DNA of 34,350 nucleotides from a virus: UHGV virus genome UHGV-1648906. One strand, 5' to 3'. The notes under the pieces were generated by a model, which was given only the letters and a program-made list of their open reading frames with translations, had not been told where the DNA came from and ran no database searches. Position numbers and translations under genes: made by a program. Shown here in pieces: positions 7,249 through 16,697 of the stretch. How positions within the stretch are numbered: the stretch's first letter is position 1; every line of letters begins with the position of its first letter.

Positions 7249-8504
7249 TGGCAATCCCGTCCTCGCTCAGTCTTGTGCAACTGCATTCTGGACAGATGAA
7301 AGTCTTCCAGTCTCCGCATCGATTTAAAGTTGTTTGTGCTGGTCGACGCTGGGGAAAATCCCGGTTGTCGATCTCCACTATTATTCGTGCGGCGGCAAAG
7401 GAAAAAAAGCAAAGGGTCTGGTATGTCGCTCCTACTTACCAGATGGCTCGCCAGATTTTGTGGGACGATCTACAGGAAGTTCTGCCTCGTAAGTGGGTTA
7501 GGAAAAAGAACGACACCACGATGACAATCGTGTTGAAGAACGGTTCGGAGATCGCCCTCAAAGGTGCTGATAAGCCTGACACTCTGCGCGGCGTAGCGTT
7601 GCATTTTGTAGTGCTTGATGAATTTCAGGATATGAAGGCTGACACCTGGTACAAGGTGTTACGACCTACTCTTTCATCGACACGCGGCGGTGCACTGATC
7701 ATTGGTACGCCAAAAGGCTTCTCGGAATTTCACAAACTGTGGACTATAGGCCAGAACGTAGAGCTGCAAAGAAAGGGACAGTGGAAGAGCTGGCAGTTTG
7801 TAACTGCCGATTCTCCGTTTGTACCTACGGCGGAAATTGAAGCTGCTAAGAACGATATGGACCCCAAATCGTTCGCTCAGGAGTACCTGGCCAGCTTTGA
7901 GAACATGTCCGGGCGCGTTTACTACCCGTTCGATCGTAACGTGCATGTAAAACCGCTTCAGTTCAACCCTCGGTTGCCTATATGGGTAGGGCAGGACTTC
8001 AACATTGACCCGATGTCTTCAGTAATTTTGCAACCTCAGCCAAATGGTGAGCTATGGGCAATTGATGAATTGGTGCTCTTTTCCTCTAACACGGCAGAAG
8101 TTTGTGATGAGCTTGAGAGACGCTTCTGGCGCTGGAAATCACAGGTAACGGTATTTCCAGATCCGGCAGGTGCTTATCGCCAACATGCTCGTGGGGAGTC
8201 TGACGTAGACATATTCAAAGAGAAGGGATTCTTACGTGTCGATTATTCGAAAAAGCACCCGCCAATTGCGGATCGCGTTAATGCTGTTAACCGAATGCTG
8301 ATGTCCGCATCTGGAGATATCCGGCTGTATATCGATCCGAAGTGCAAGCATTTGATTGATTCACTGGAAAAAGTTATCTACAAGCCTGGAACACGAGATA
8401 TGGATAAGACAGGTGGCATTGAGCATAGTGCAGACGCATTGGGCTATCCAGTACATCGTAGGTATCCAGTCAAAAACCGTGTTATTCTTGGTGGTTCTCG
8501 ATAG
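7248..8504 (+). CDS. terL: terminase large subunit
   Basis: 418 aa; Walker A VVCAGRRWGKS, Walker B FVVLDEF, acidic nuclease-like C-terminal half; SD GGGGAGGA upstream. Confidence 0.85.
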   Translation: MAIPSSLSLVQLHSGQMKVFQSPHRFKVVCAGRRWGKSRLSISTIIRAAAKEKKQRVWYVAPTYQMARQILWDDLQEVLPRKWVRKKNDTTMTIVLKNGSEIALKGADKPDTLRGVALHFVVLDEFQDMKADTWYKVLRPTLSSTRGGALIIGTPKGFSEFHKLWTIGQNVELQRKGQWKSWQFVTADSPFVPTAEIEAAKNDMDPKSFAQEYLASFENMSGRVYYPFDRNVHVKPLQFNPRLPIWVGQDFNIDPMSSVILQPQPNGELWAIDELVLFSSNTAEVCDELERRFWRWKSQVTVFPDPAGAYRQHARGESDVDIFKEKGFLRVDYSKKHPPIADRVNAVNRMLMSASGDIRLYIDPKCKHLIDSLEKVIYKPGTRDMDKTGGIEHSADALGYPVHRRYPVKNRVILGGSR

Positions 8505-8520
8505 GTAAGTAATTATCTAA
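8503..8520. promoter_or_regulatory. intergenic palindromic element TAGGTAAGTAATTATCTA (terL-portal gap)
   Basis: One mismatch from the 11928-11945 copy; ends about 10 bp before the portal start codon. Confidence 0.5.
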
Positions 8521-8530
8521 GGTTATTCAA

Positions 8531-10105
8531 ATGGAATTGAACGACAAACAAATTAAGGATCTGGTGGCGCGACGCCACCCGGAATACGAAAAGAAAAAAG
8601 AACATTGGGACTTCCTCGCCAGCACTTACGCTGGCGGGCGTGGTTGGTTTACAGACAATATCTTTCGTTACTTTAAAGAGGGAGATCAGGAGTTTAAGGA
8701 GCGTGTTGAGCGTGCCTATCGCTTCAACCACACTCGTGAGGTGGTAAACCTCATCAACAAATATCTCTTTAAAGAAGACATTAATAGAAATATCGAAGAG
8801 GCACCAGAGCAGATCCGCAATTTCTGGAAACGTGCGACTCGCCAGAATGCCTCTATTGACTCATTTATGGCCGCCATTGATTTGCAATCGTCAATCTACG
8901 GCCGTATCTGGGTTGTTGTTGATAGCACAATGAGTGGTGATGTTGAGTCAGTAGCTGACGAGAAAAAGAAAGATGCTCGTGCCTACGCCTACTGGATTTC
9001 ACCTCAGCAAATGCTGGATGTGGCATGGGACGACGACGGGAATATGTTATGGGCGTTAATTGTGGAAGTCGCTCGCGATGACGCAGATCCTTTTACTTCT
9101 ACAGGTCAGGAATACCAACGTTATCGTCTGTGGACACAAAACGAGTGGTATCTGTTCCGTGAGGAAGTGAAGAAGGGGGCTGGTGGAGCAGGTCGTCGTC
9201 AGGCAAAAGTTATTTTAGAGGACAGCGGCGCGCATAATCTCGGCGTAGTTCCTGTGTTTCCTGTTGATTGTATTGGAGAAAGTGAATCACCGTATTTCAG
9301 CCCATCGTTGATCGATGATATCGCTTATCTTGATCGTGCGGTTGCAAACTATCTGTCAAACCTTGATGCCATTATTCAGGATCAGACATTTAGCCAGTTG
9401 GCTATACCGGTACAGTCGCTTTTACCTGGTGATGAAAACCACACTAAAGTGCTTGAAATGGGCACAAAGCGAGTCTTCACCTACGATTCTGAAGGTGGAA
9501 ACCAGCCGTTTTATCTGTCACCAGACCCGAAACAAGCTCAGATGATCATCACTACGATTAAGACGGTGATTAACGAAATCTACCATTCAGTTGGTGTAGC
9601 TGGTGAGCGAACGAAGCAGGACAACGCACAGGGAATCGATAATTCATCTGGTGCCGCAAAAATGTATGACTTCCAGCGTGTAAATAGCTTGCTTGTCACA
9701 AAAGCAGAGCGTCTGGAAAGGGCTGAACGCCAAATCATGCTACTGGTTGCGAAATGGATGGGGGTAGATCTGGACGAAGACCACTCTTTAATTGCGTATC
9801 CAGAAAGTTTCGATATTCGTGGCCTTACAGATGAATTTTCTGTTGCCGAGAAACTGTCATTACTTCAGGCACCGGACTCTGTACGTCGTCACCAGATGGA
9901 AATGCTTATTGAGAAGATTTTCCCGAACATTACTGAGGCGATGAAAAAGGAATTTGATAAAGATCTCTTGAATTTTCCTCCAAAAAATGATCTAAATACC
10001 CTTGAAAATAAGTCAGTACTTACTTATGATCGTGGTGCAGCCCAAGAAAGCGGGCAAGATCAACCCCGAGGGAATGGGGACTCATCTACTCAAGAGAACG
10101 AGTGA
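8531..10105 (+). CDS. portal protein
   Basis: 524 aa; position between terL and scaffold/capsid genes; size and acidic C-terminus typical of portals. Family not identified. Confidence 0.7.
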   Translation: MELNDKQIKDLVARRHPEYEKKKEHWDFLASTYAGGRGWFTDNIFRYFKEGDQEFKERVERAYRFNHTREVVNLINKYLFKEDINRNIEEAPEQIRNFWKRATRQNASIDSFMAAIDLQSSIYGRIWVVVDSTMSGDVESVADEKKKDARAYAYWISPQQMLDVAWDDDGNMLWALIVEVARDDADPFTSTGQEYQRYRLWTQNEWYLFREEVKKGAGGAGRRQAKVILEDSGAHNLGVVPVFPVDCIGESESPYFSPSLIDDIAYLDRAVANYLSNLDAIIQDQTFSQLAIPVQSLLPGDENHTKVLEMGTKRVFTYDSEGGNQPFYLSPDPKQAQMIITTIKTVINEIYHSVGVAGERTKQDNAQGIDNSSGAAKMYDFQRVNSLLVTKAERLERAERQIMLLVAKWMGVDLDEDHSLIAYPESFDIRGLTDEFSVAEKLSLLQAPDSVRRHQMEMLIEKIFPNITEAMKKEFDKDLLNFPPKNDLNTLENKSVLTYDRGAAQESGQDQPRGNGDSSTQENE

Positions 10106-10126
10106 TAAGTAACAAAAGGAATTTTT

Positions 10127-11014
10127 ATGAATCTGTGGCAAATGCTTTTGGCCCGTCGTGGTCTGATGGATGTCGCTGAAGCGCATGAGCGTGGAGGCGC
10201 TGGCGGTGTAGCTGCTGATAATGAGCAGAGTACACAAGATCCTGACAAACAGGGTGAACAAAAAGAGCAGCCGAAGGGCGATGACGAATACGCTGGCATG
10301 ACTCAGGAAGAGTTACTGGCCGAACTTCGTAAAACCAAGAAAGCTGGTGCTGAACTGCTGAAGGAGAACATGAAGCGCAAAGAGAAAGAGCGCACATTGG
10401 CCGATCAGCTTGCTCAGTACGGTGATATCGATCCGGCTCGTGCTCGCCAGCTTTTAGAAGCTGAACAGGCCGCAGAAAACGCACGTCGTGAGGCGGAGCA
10501 AGCTGAACTGGAGCGTCGTGGTGAGTTCGATGCTGTTAAAAAACAGATGATCGAAGCACACCAGGCAGAGCTGGCACAGCGTGACGAACGTTATGCAGCA
10601 CTGGAAAGTGAAAACGCATCACTGAAATCTCAATTAGTCGAGATGACCGTGGGCGCTTCCTTCAGTAACTCTCTCTTCCTACGTGACAAAGTTCTGATGA
10701 CCCCGGCAAAAGCCCGCGTGATCTACGGTTCTCATTTTGAAGTGGGTGAAGACGGTAGCGTAGTGGGTTATGACAAACCGGCAGGTCACAAAGAACGAGC
10801 TGTTCTGGTTGACGGTGAAGGTAAGCCGTTGCCGTTTGAATCCGCGATTGAACGCATTGTGCGGGCAGATCCGGAAGCTGACGCATTGATGCGTAGCGAA
10901 GCCAAGCAGGGTGTAGGCTCACATTCCAAATCGACCTACACAATATCCCGACCGAAGAACAAGTCGACTATGGATAAGTTGGCCTCCGGTCTGGGGAAAA
11001 TTGGACTTAAGTAA
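10127..11014 (+). CDS. capsid scaffolding protein (putative)
   Basis: Charged, predicted coiled-coil protein (for example EAEQAAENARREAEQAELERRGE) between portal and major capsid genes; SD AAAGGA. Confidence 0.6.
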   Translation: MNLWQMLLARRGLMDVAEAHERGGAGGVAADNEQSTQDPDKQGEQKEQPKGDDEYAGMTQEELLAELRKTKKAGAELLKENMKRKEKERTLADQLAQYGDIDPARARQLLEAEQAAENARREAEQAELERRGEFDAVKKQMIEAHQAELAQRDERYAALESENASLKSQLVEMTVGASFSNSLFLRDKVLMTPAKARVIYGSHFEVGEDGSVVGYDKPAGHKERAVLVDGEGKPLPFESAIERIVRADPEADALMRSEAKQGVGSHSKSTYTISRPKNKSTMDKLASGLGKIGLK

Positions 11015-11039
11015 CATCTAAATCAAAGGGAATTGATAG

Positions 11040-11918
11040 ATGCCATTACTGCGTGAAGAAGCTGAAAAGCTGTCTAACAACGAACTCGAACAGGGTGTGA
11101 TCGAAACCATCATTGATCGCGATGACCTGTTTGCCATCCTGCCTTTCATGAAGATCAATTCGAAGGCATATCTTTATAACCGCGAAAAAACCCTGAGCGA
11201 AGCTACTTTCATTGATGTGAACGACACCATCACCGAAGGTGCAGCAACCTTCGAAGAGAAAGTTGCGAAGCTGCGCATTCTGGCTGGCGACGTTGACGTC
11301 GACAAATTCCTGGCTACCACTATGGCTGATACCAACAACCAGCTGGCTATCCAGGTTCGTCAGAAAGTCAAAGGTCTGGCTCGTGCCTTCCGTCGCAATC
11401 TGATTGTTGGCGACTCCACCACTAACAACAAAGCCTTCGACGGTATTCCGAAGCTGATGCATGACGATCAGAAGATCGACATCTCCGGCGCATCCATGAC
11501 TTTCTCTATGTTCGACGAACTGGTCGACGCAGTTAAAGATCTGGGCGCAGACTGCATCATGATGCGTTCTGAGCATCTTCGCGCATATCGTGCGCTGCTG
11601 CGAACTGTAAACGTAGGCCCGTCCGAAATCATGATGGAAAACTTCGGTCGACCAATGCTGTGCCATAACGGCGTTCCGTTTATCGTAAACGACTTCATTC
11701 CGGTTGCGGACTCCACCAAAGCGGATATCTACTGTCTGCACCTTTCTGAAGAAAACGGTGTAACTGGTCTGTACGGCGGCGAAAACGCCGGTATCGTTGT
11801 GGAAAACATCGGCACTGTTCAGAACAAAGACGCAGTACGTACTCGTGTGAAGTGGTACTGCTCTCTGGCCAATAAGCACGATAAGGCTATCGCTGCACTG
11901 ACCAATGTAAAAATTTAA
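11040..11918 (+). CDS. major capsid protein
   Basis: 292 aa; codon usage typical of a highly expressed gene (CTG, CGT, GGT, AAC, GAA rich); immediately followed by a strong terminator; position after scaffold. Confidence 0.75.
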   Translation: MPLLREEAEKLSNNELEQGVIETIIDRDDLFAILPFMKINSKAYLYNREKTLSEATFIDVNDTITEGAATFEEKVAKLRILAGDVDVDKFLATTMADTNNQLAIQVRQKVKGLARAFRRNLIVGDSTTNNKAFDGIPKLMHDDQKIDISGASMTFSMFDELVDAVKDLGADCIMMRSEHLRAYRALLRTVNVGPSEIMMENFGRPMLCHNGVPFIVNDFIPVADSTKADIYCLHLSEENGVTGLYGGENAGIVVENIGTVQNKDAVRTRVKWYCSLANKHDKAIAALTNVKI

Positions 11919-11927
11919 TCAGTGCAG

Positions 11928-11945
11928 TAGATAAGTAATTATCTA
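11928..11945. promoter_or_regulatory. intergenic palindromic element TAGATAAGTAATTATCTA
   Basis: Near-palindrome placed between the capsid gene stop and the terminator hairpin. Confidence 0.5.
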
Positions 11946-11949
11946 TGTT

Positions 11950-11980
11950 AAAGGGTGGGCTATACGCCCACCCTTTTTGT
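11950..11980 (+). terminator. rho-independent terminator after the major capsid gene
   Basis: 10-bp stem AAGGGTGGGC / GCCCACCCTT (11951-11960, 11966-11975), 5-nt loop, followed by TTTTGT. Confidence 0.8.
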
Positions 11981-11991
11981 AGGAGCGAGAA

Positions 11992-12912
11992 ATGCCAGAA
12001 CAAAAGATGAAGATTACGGAAGAGGCATTTTCGGATTTTACGGGGCATATGTGCCGTGCCGGATTTACCAATTCTATCTCCGATGAACCTTTAACCGAGC
12101 GACAACAAAGTCAGCTATCTGCTTGTTTGCAGGCGGTTCCCTTCTCCCAATCCGTAAACATAACCCCGGCTTCACCGTCAGTTTTGGTTGGGAAAACTGT
12201 TCAACTTAGTGCAGGTATTACTATGGGTAAGAGTGCCAGTTCATTCACCTGGAAGTCAGCCAATGATCAAATTGCAACCGTCAACGGCACTGGATTAGTA
12301 ACTGGCGTAGCACCAGGCAAAGTGGAAATTACCGCAACTGATCAGGAAACCCAGCTTTCCGCATCAGTGGAAGTCACCGTAAATCCGGTAGCCGTTCAAT
12401 CCGTAACGGTAACGCCAGACTCAACCTCTGTTGAGAAAGGGAAATCAGTCAGTCTGAAAGCGAATGTTCAGCCGTCAAATGCGACGAATAAGGCAGTTAC
12501 CTGGTCTTCCAAAAATGAAGACAAGGCAACGGTAGACCAGAGCGGGAACGTTACTGGTGTAGAAGTTGGCACTGCGACGATTGAGATCGTTTCCCAAGAT
12601 GGCAGCAAAAAGGCAACTGCAACGGTGGAAGTAACTGCGCCTGTTGTGGCTGTTACCGGCGTCGAAATCGACCCAAATAGCACAACCGTTGAGGCAAACA
12701 AAACTGTTCAGCTGACCGCAAATGTCGAGCCGGCAGGAGCCACAAATAAAACCGTTACTTGGGAATCCAAAAATACCGAGTTTGCAACGGTTGACAGCGA
12801 AACCGGTGTTGTAACTGGTGTTGCGGCTGGTACTGCCACAATCGAGGTTACTACCCAAGATGGTAGCCACAAAGCGACAGCAACTGTAGAAGTAACTGCC
12901 GCACAGGAATAA
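11992..12912 (+). CDS. Ig-like (Big_2) domain protein with three tandem domains; putative capsid decoration or surface protein
   Basis: Three repeats of the Big_2 pattern, for example VTVTPDSTSVEKGKSVSLKANVQPSNATNKAVTWSSKNEDKATVDQSGNVTGVEVGTATIEIVSQDGSKKATATVEVT; SD AGGAG upstream. Confidence 0.7.
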   Translation: MPEQKMKITEEAFSDFTGHMCRAGFTNSISDEPLTERQQSQLSACLQAVPFSQSVNITPASPSVLVGKTVQLSAGITMGKSASSFTWKSANDQIATVNGTGLVTGVAPGKVEITATDQETQLSASVEVTVNPVAVQSVTVTPDSTSVEKGKSVSLKANVQPSNATNKAVTWSSKNEDKATVDQSGNVTGVEVGTATIEIVSQDGSKKATATVEVTAPVVAVTGVEIDPNSTTVEANKTVQLTANVEPAGATNKTVTWESKNTEFATVDSETGVVTGVAAGTATIEVTTQDGSHKATATVEVTAAQE

Positions 12913-12956
12913 CCGATATTTGGCGGCTTTCGCCGCCCAAGTGGAGAGAAAGCGTT

Positions 12957-13391
12957 ATGAAACCAGCAAAAATTGTTTTATTAGAACCGCAATTTTCCGG
13001 TTATTCGGGAATGTTGTGCGGCGTTCAGTTCGAGAACGGGGTGTCCGTAGCGGAGTTGCCTTTTATCGATCAGCAAAGGATTTGTGCCTCAATGCGAGCA
13101 TCAACAGTCGAGGGCAAAAATGTTTCTCCGTCTGCCGCATACAGTGATCGTGGCGAGTTGACCGCAGACCTGATTACCGAGCCAGCAGCACCTGACATTG
13201 TACCAATGAAACGTGGGACACCAGATGAACCGGCCAAACAGATCCAGACTTTCACACGAGAAGAGTTGGAGTCAATTGCAGACAATGAAGGCATTGCCGG
13301 TCTACGTGTGATTGGTAATCAGGTTGGTGTCAAAGCGAAAGGAATTGTCGAGATGATTGAAGGCATCCTGAAAGCACAAGGCGGTGAGTAA
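12957..13391 (+). CDS. hypothetical structural protein (144 aa), head module
   Basis: ORF track; SD GGAGAG upstream; stop overlaps next start (TAATG). Confidence 0.5.
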   Translation: MKPAKIVLLEPQFSGYSGMLCGVQFENGVSVAELPFIDQQRICASMRASTVEGKNVSPSAAYSDRGELTADLITEPAAPDIVPMKRGTPDEPAKQIQTFTREELESIADNEGIAGLRVIGNQVGVKAKGIVEMIEGILKAQGGE

Positions 13392-14224
13392 TGGCGCAGA
13401 TCGACTCGTATCGTAGCGGTGAAGCTGTTTCCCTTTCATTTGCCTTCAACGTGCTGGATATCGAATCTGCTACCTACACAGTAAAGGACAGCACCGGGGC
13501 TATTCTCGTTGATGGCGAGCCGCTAGAAATTACCAGCGGTCAAATGTCGATTCCGGTTGTCGTGTCGGCTGAATATAACCAGCTCTCTGAGAAAGAGCGA
13601 GATCTGCGGTACGTCATTGTGAAGGCTGTTGCATCGGGCCTGACGCATGAAGAGCGTCAAATGTATGTTCTGCTGAATAGTTTTGAACTGTCGATACCAG
13701 AACAGTCGTTTGCAACTGTCGCTGATGCTCAAATGCAGGCGATCGATATGCTGAATGGGGACACTTTGCTGTCGGATGGTGAAGGCTTAATGCGCAAGCG
13801 TCTCATTGAGGCTACCAGACGAATTAAAACTTTACCGTTCTCAATCCGCAAAATTCTACGTATCGACTTTGACCGATACGATCGCCCTCAAAATATGCTG
13901 AATGTGTATGACATTCCGTGGGGAGCAGATGGAGCGTACCGGCATGATTTAGTCGATTGGGAAAAGATGACGCAGGAGAAGTTTGAAGAGTTCCCTGACT
14001 ACTTCAAAGAAGCGTTGATGCTTGCCGTTGTCAACGAAGCGTGTGAGATCGCAAATGGCAATGATGTAGCCGCAGCACGAGAGGATGGCATTTTGTCAGA
14101 GTCCATCGGTGAAACAACCAACATGTACCGTACCGGTAAAGCTGCAAACGTGCATGTGGCTCGTAGTACCTGGCGCTTGCTGGTCAGTTACATCAACAAC
14201 CGTATGATTGTTCGCCGTGCGTAA
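13391..14224 (+). CDS. hypothetical structural protein (277 aa), possible head completion or connector
   Basis: ORF track; coupled to the upstream gene; position between head and tail genes. Confidence 0.5.
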   Translation: MAQIDSYRSGEAVSLSFAFNVLDIESATYTVKDSTGAILVDGEPLEITSGQMSIPVVVSAEYNQLSEKERDLRYVIVKAVASGLTHEERQMYVLLNSFELSIPEQSFATVADAQMQAIDMLNGDTLLSDGEGLMRKRLIEATRRIKTLPFSIRKILRIDFDRYDRPQNMLNVYDIPWGADGAYRHDLVDWEKMTQEKFEEFPDYFKEALMLAVVNEACEIANGNDVAAAREDGILSESIGETTNMYRTGKAANVHVARSTWRLLVSYINNRMIVRRA

Positions 14225-14303
14225 CGCCAGTCGCATTATTTACTTTTGGTCTAAAGGGTTTTTGGCCAGTAATGAGAGCGACCGACAACAACAGGGAGAG
14301 AGC

Positions 14304-14648
14304 ATGAATATTTCATGGCAAACAGAAATTGCGATCTACCGCTTTGGCGCAAAGAACGTTTACGGTGAGGCGCAATTACAATTCGTCAGGAAGACGAATG
14401 TCGGCGTGGTTAAGTTCGAACAGAGTAATGAGAAATCGTCAGTTCGTGCTGATAGCTCTGGTAGTCGTGGTAAGGCGAGTCTGGAGCTGTTTGATGCTGT
14501 GTTAGTTGTCCCTTTAGAAGCGGCTGTACAACTTGATGATGTACTGATCCTTGAAGGTCAAAAATTAAAGGTGTCCAGTGTTCATCGCCGCTGGGGGCTA
14601 CGAGGAAGACCTGGGCATCTTGAAGTAGGGGCGAATATATGGGTCTGA
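14304..14648 (+). CDS. hypothetical protein (114 aa), possible head-tail adaptor
   Basis: Internal ATG 14304 with SD GGGAGAG chosen, because the longer track ORF (from 14208) overlaps the upstream gene. Confidence 0.45.
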   Translation: MNISWQTEIAIYRFGAKNVYGEAQLQFVRKTNVGVVKFEQSNEKSSVRADSSGSRGKASLELFDAVLVVPLEAAVQLDDVLILEGQKLKVSSVHRRWGLRGRPGHLEVGANIWV

Positions 14649-15112
14649 AATACGATGCGCATCAGTTCAAACGTGCGGGGAATAGACTCAACAACAGCCA
14701 GAAAGCATTTAAGCGATATCTTATTCGGGACATGGAAAAGCTGGCGCGTTTGGTTGAGCGCCTCAGCCGTGCAATGGCCCCGCTGGAAACCGGATCTCTG
14801 GAGACAGCCATCTTTGCCAGGGTGATTAAAGAAGGTTATTCAGGGCTGCGCATTGAGCTTTCTGTGTCTGGAGCAAAACCACGTCAGGGGCATCCGGGCG
14901 TAGAAGTCGGTGACTATGCTAAGTACATGGAGCTGGGTAAATACCGACTCGGTTATCTTTCTCGAATGAAGAACGTGACAAACCCACCAATTGCCGGTGT
15001 TAAACCTCGTGTTGGGCCACACTTTCTGGAAAGAGCGGTGGAAATTAGCGAGAAGCAGTTCTCAGAAGCGATTCTTGAGGCTGCCAGAAAAGCCGGTTTT
15101 ACGAGAGGTTAA
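14639..15112 (+). CDS. HK97 gp10-like head-tail joining / tail completion protein (putative)
   Basis: 157 aa; segment KPRVGPHFLERAVE resembles the conserved P-F-L-x-P/R-A motif of the HK97 gp10 family; position in the connector module. Confidence 0.55.
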   Translation: MGLKYDAHQFKRAGNRLNNSQKAFKRYLIRDMEKLARLVERLSRAMAPLETGSLETAIFARVIKEGYSGLRIELSVSGAKPRQGHPGVEVGDYAKYMELGKYRLGYLSRMKNVTNPPIAGVKPRVGPHFLERAVEISEKQFSEAILEAARKAGFTRG

Positions 15113-15113
15113 T

Positions 15114-15497
15114 GTGTTTATTGAAGCGTTTGCAAGTTTGATGCAGAAGGCAAAGATTGGCACGGTCGGGACTGACATTTTCTGTCACTACTTGCCTGCC
15201 AATGTGAAATCTGGCGTCCTGCTTATTAACCCAAATACCGGCATCAGCATCGATCATGAGCTACAGGGCTTTTATCACGAATCATTCACAATCATTGTGC
15301 GTGGTTCGTCAATTACTACGACGGTTGAGAAAGCCAATAAAATCATTGAGATGTTTCCAGTAGAGGAAACGGAATCTGGTGGTGTGTATTTTCGACTTGT
15401 ACGACCGATGGCGATGCCAATCATTTATCCCAAAAATGATGGGGCATTAATAGAAGCAGGCATTCCTGTTGAATTTGCTGGCTATTTATTGAATTAA
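15114..15497 (+). CDS. hypothetical tail protein (127 aa), possible tail terminator
   Basis: GTG start at 15114 with SD GAGAGG at 15103-15108; the longer track ORF (14991) overlaps the previous gene. Start uncertain. Confidence 0.4.
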   Translation: MFIEAFASLMQKAKIGTVGTDIFCHYLPANVKSGVLLINPNTGISIDHELQGFYHESFTIIVRGSSITTTVEKANKIIEMFPVEETESGGVYFRLVRPMAMPIIYPKNDGALIEAGIPVEFAGYLLN

Positions 15498-15523
15498 CTC
15501 AATTGGTAAGTATATACTTACTA
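15489..15523 (+). promoter_or_regulatory. sigma70-like promoter overlapping the palindrome TAAGTATATACTTA, upstream of the major tail gene
   Basis: -35 TTGAAT (15489-15494), 18-bp spacer, -10 TATACT (15513-15518); perfect 14-bp palindrome at 15507-15520. Confidence 0.4.
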
Positions 15524-15571
15524 TTAGCGCAATGAATGCGTAGAATTAACGGAAAAAGGAGTTTTCCATCA

Positions 15572-16318
15572 ATGTCTAATACCCATGTAAAAAACATCAA
15601 ACTTGGTGCCTGTAAGGTGTCGTTTGGTGGTGTGGATTTGGGTTACACCAAAGGTGGTGTTCAGGTTGAAATCGCAACCGAAACGCTGAAAGTGACCGTA
15701 GACCAGCTGGGCCAGACCACGATCTCCGAGCTGATCCAGGGCCGCAACATCACCATTACTGCGCCGCTGGCTGAATCCGTGTTGAAAAACATGGTCGATC
15801 TGATGCCAGGTTCCACGCTGAGTTCTGGCGAAGATACCGTAACCATCACGTCTGCGCAGGGAGTGAACCTGATCGACGTTGCGAAAGAGTTGGTGCTGAC
15901 CCCGCAGGATGCGACGGATTATGTTCTGACCATCCCTAAAGCAGCAACCGCGGGTAACTTCACCATGACCTACCAGTCTGACGACGTTCGCGTGTTCTCA
16001 GTTGAGTTTTCCGCTTACCCGGACGACGCTGGCGTGTTGGGGAAAATGAGCCTCCCAAAGCCGGTTGAGAGCGTCACGCTGACCCCGTCTTCACCGACCG
16101 TAAAAGTGGGCACTAAAGTTCAATTGAGCGCAACCTTCACCCCGGCCGATGCAACCAATAAGACTGGCGTGTGGAGCTCTGATGCGACTGATAAAGCGAC
16201 CGTAGATCAGAACGGACTGGTAACTGGTAAAGCTGTCGGTTCAGCCAATATCACCTTCACAACTAATGACGGTGCCAAGAAGGCGACCAAAGCCGTCTCT
16301 GTAACTGCCGCAAGCTAA
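15572..16318 (+). CDS. major tail (tube) protein with C-terminal Big_2 Ig-like domain
   Basis: ATG 15572 with SD AAGGAG; codon usage of a highly expressed gene; C-terminal Big_2 pattern VTLTPSSPTVKVGTKVQLSATFTPADATNKTGVWSSDATDKATVDQNGLVTGKAVGSANITFTT (architecture like lambda gpV). Confidence 0.75.
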   Translation: MSNTHVKNIKLGACKVSFGGVDLGYTKGGVQVEIATETLKVTVDQLGQTTISELIQGRNITITAPLAESVLKNMVDLMPGSTLSSGEDTVTITSAQGVNLIDVAKELVLTPQDATDYVLTIPKAATAGNFTMTYQSDDVRVFSVEFSAYPDDAGVLGKMSLPKPVESVTLTPSSPTVKVGTKVQLSATFTPADATNKTGVWSSDATDKATVDQNGLVTGKAVGSANITFTTNDGAKKATKAVSVTAAS

Positions 16319-16332
16319 ATTGTGATAACCCA

Positions 16333-16360
16333 AGAGGCCCATGGATGGGCCTCTGTATGA
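16333..16360 (+). terminator. probable terminator or attenuator after the major tail gene
   Basis: Stem AGAGGCCCA / TGGGCCTCT (16333-16341, 16346-16354) with 4-nt loop, followed by GTATGAGTTT (weak U-tract). Confidence 0.5.
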
Positions 16361-16379
16361 GTTTAAAAGGATTTAAACC

Positions 16380-16697
16380 ATGACCAAATTACTCGATCTC
16401 GACTCCATTCTGCCGCCGAAAAAAAGCATCAAATTTGGTGGCAAAGAATATCCCATCGTTGAAATGACCGTCGGCCTCTTTGTTTCCATCAAGCAGATGG
16501 AAGGCAAAGATCTCATGAACATGTCTCCTGTTGAGCAAGTGACAGCTTATGCAGATCTGGTTCGTAAGGTTATCCCTTCAGTACCTGACGAAGTTCTTGA
16601 AAAACTGACTGTTCCGCAACTCCAGCAGATCTTCACCTTCGCTATGGAAGTGATTGATGAAGAAAACGAAAAAGCGGCTGGCGAAGGGGCAAAGTAA
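16380..16697 (+). CDS. tail assembly chaperone (lambda gpG-like)
   Basis: 105 aa, acidic C-terminus, immediately upstream of the tape measure gene; a -1 frame ORF overlaps its 3' end. Confidence 0.65.
   Translation: MTKLLDLDSILPPKKSIKFGGKEYPIVEMTVGLFVSIKQMEGKDLMNMSPVEQVTAYADLVRKVIPSVPDEVLEKLTVPQLQQIFTFAMEVIDEENEKAAGEGAK

Noticed and set aside
11046-11879. 277-aa minus-strand ORF antisense to the major capsid gene
   Set aside because: It fully overlaps a plus-strand gene with strong expression signals (codon bias, RBS, terminator); it has no RBS or functional motifs and is most likely a shadow ORF.
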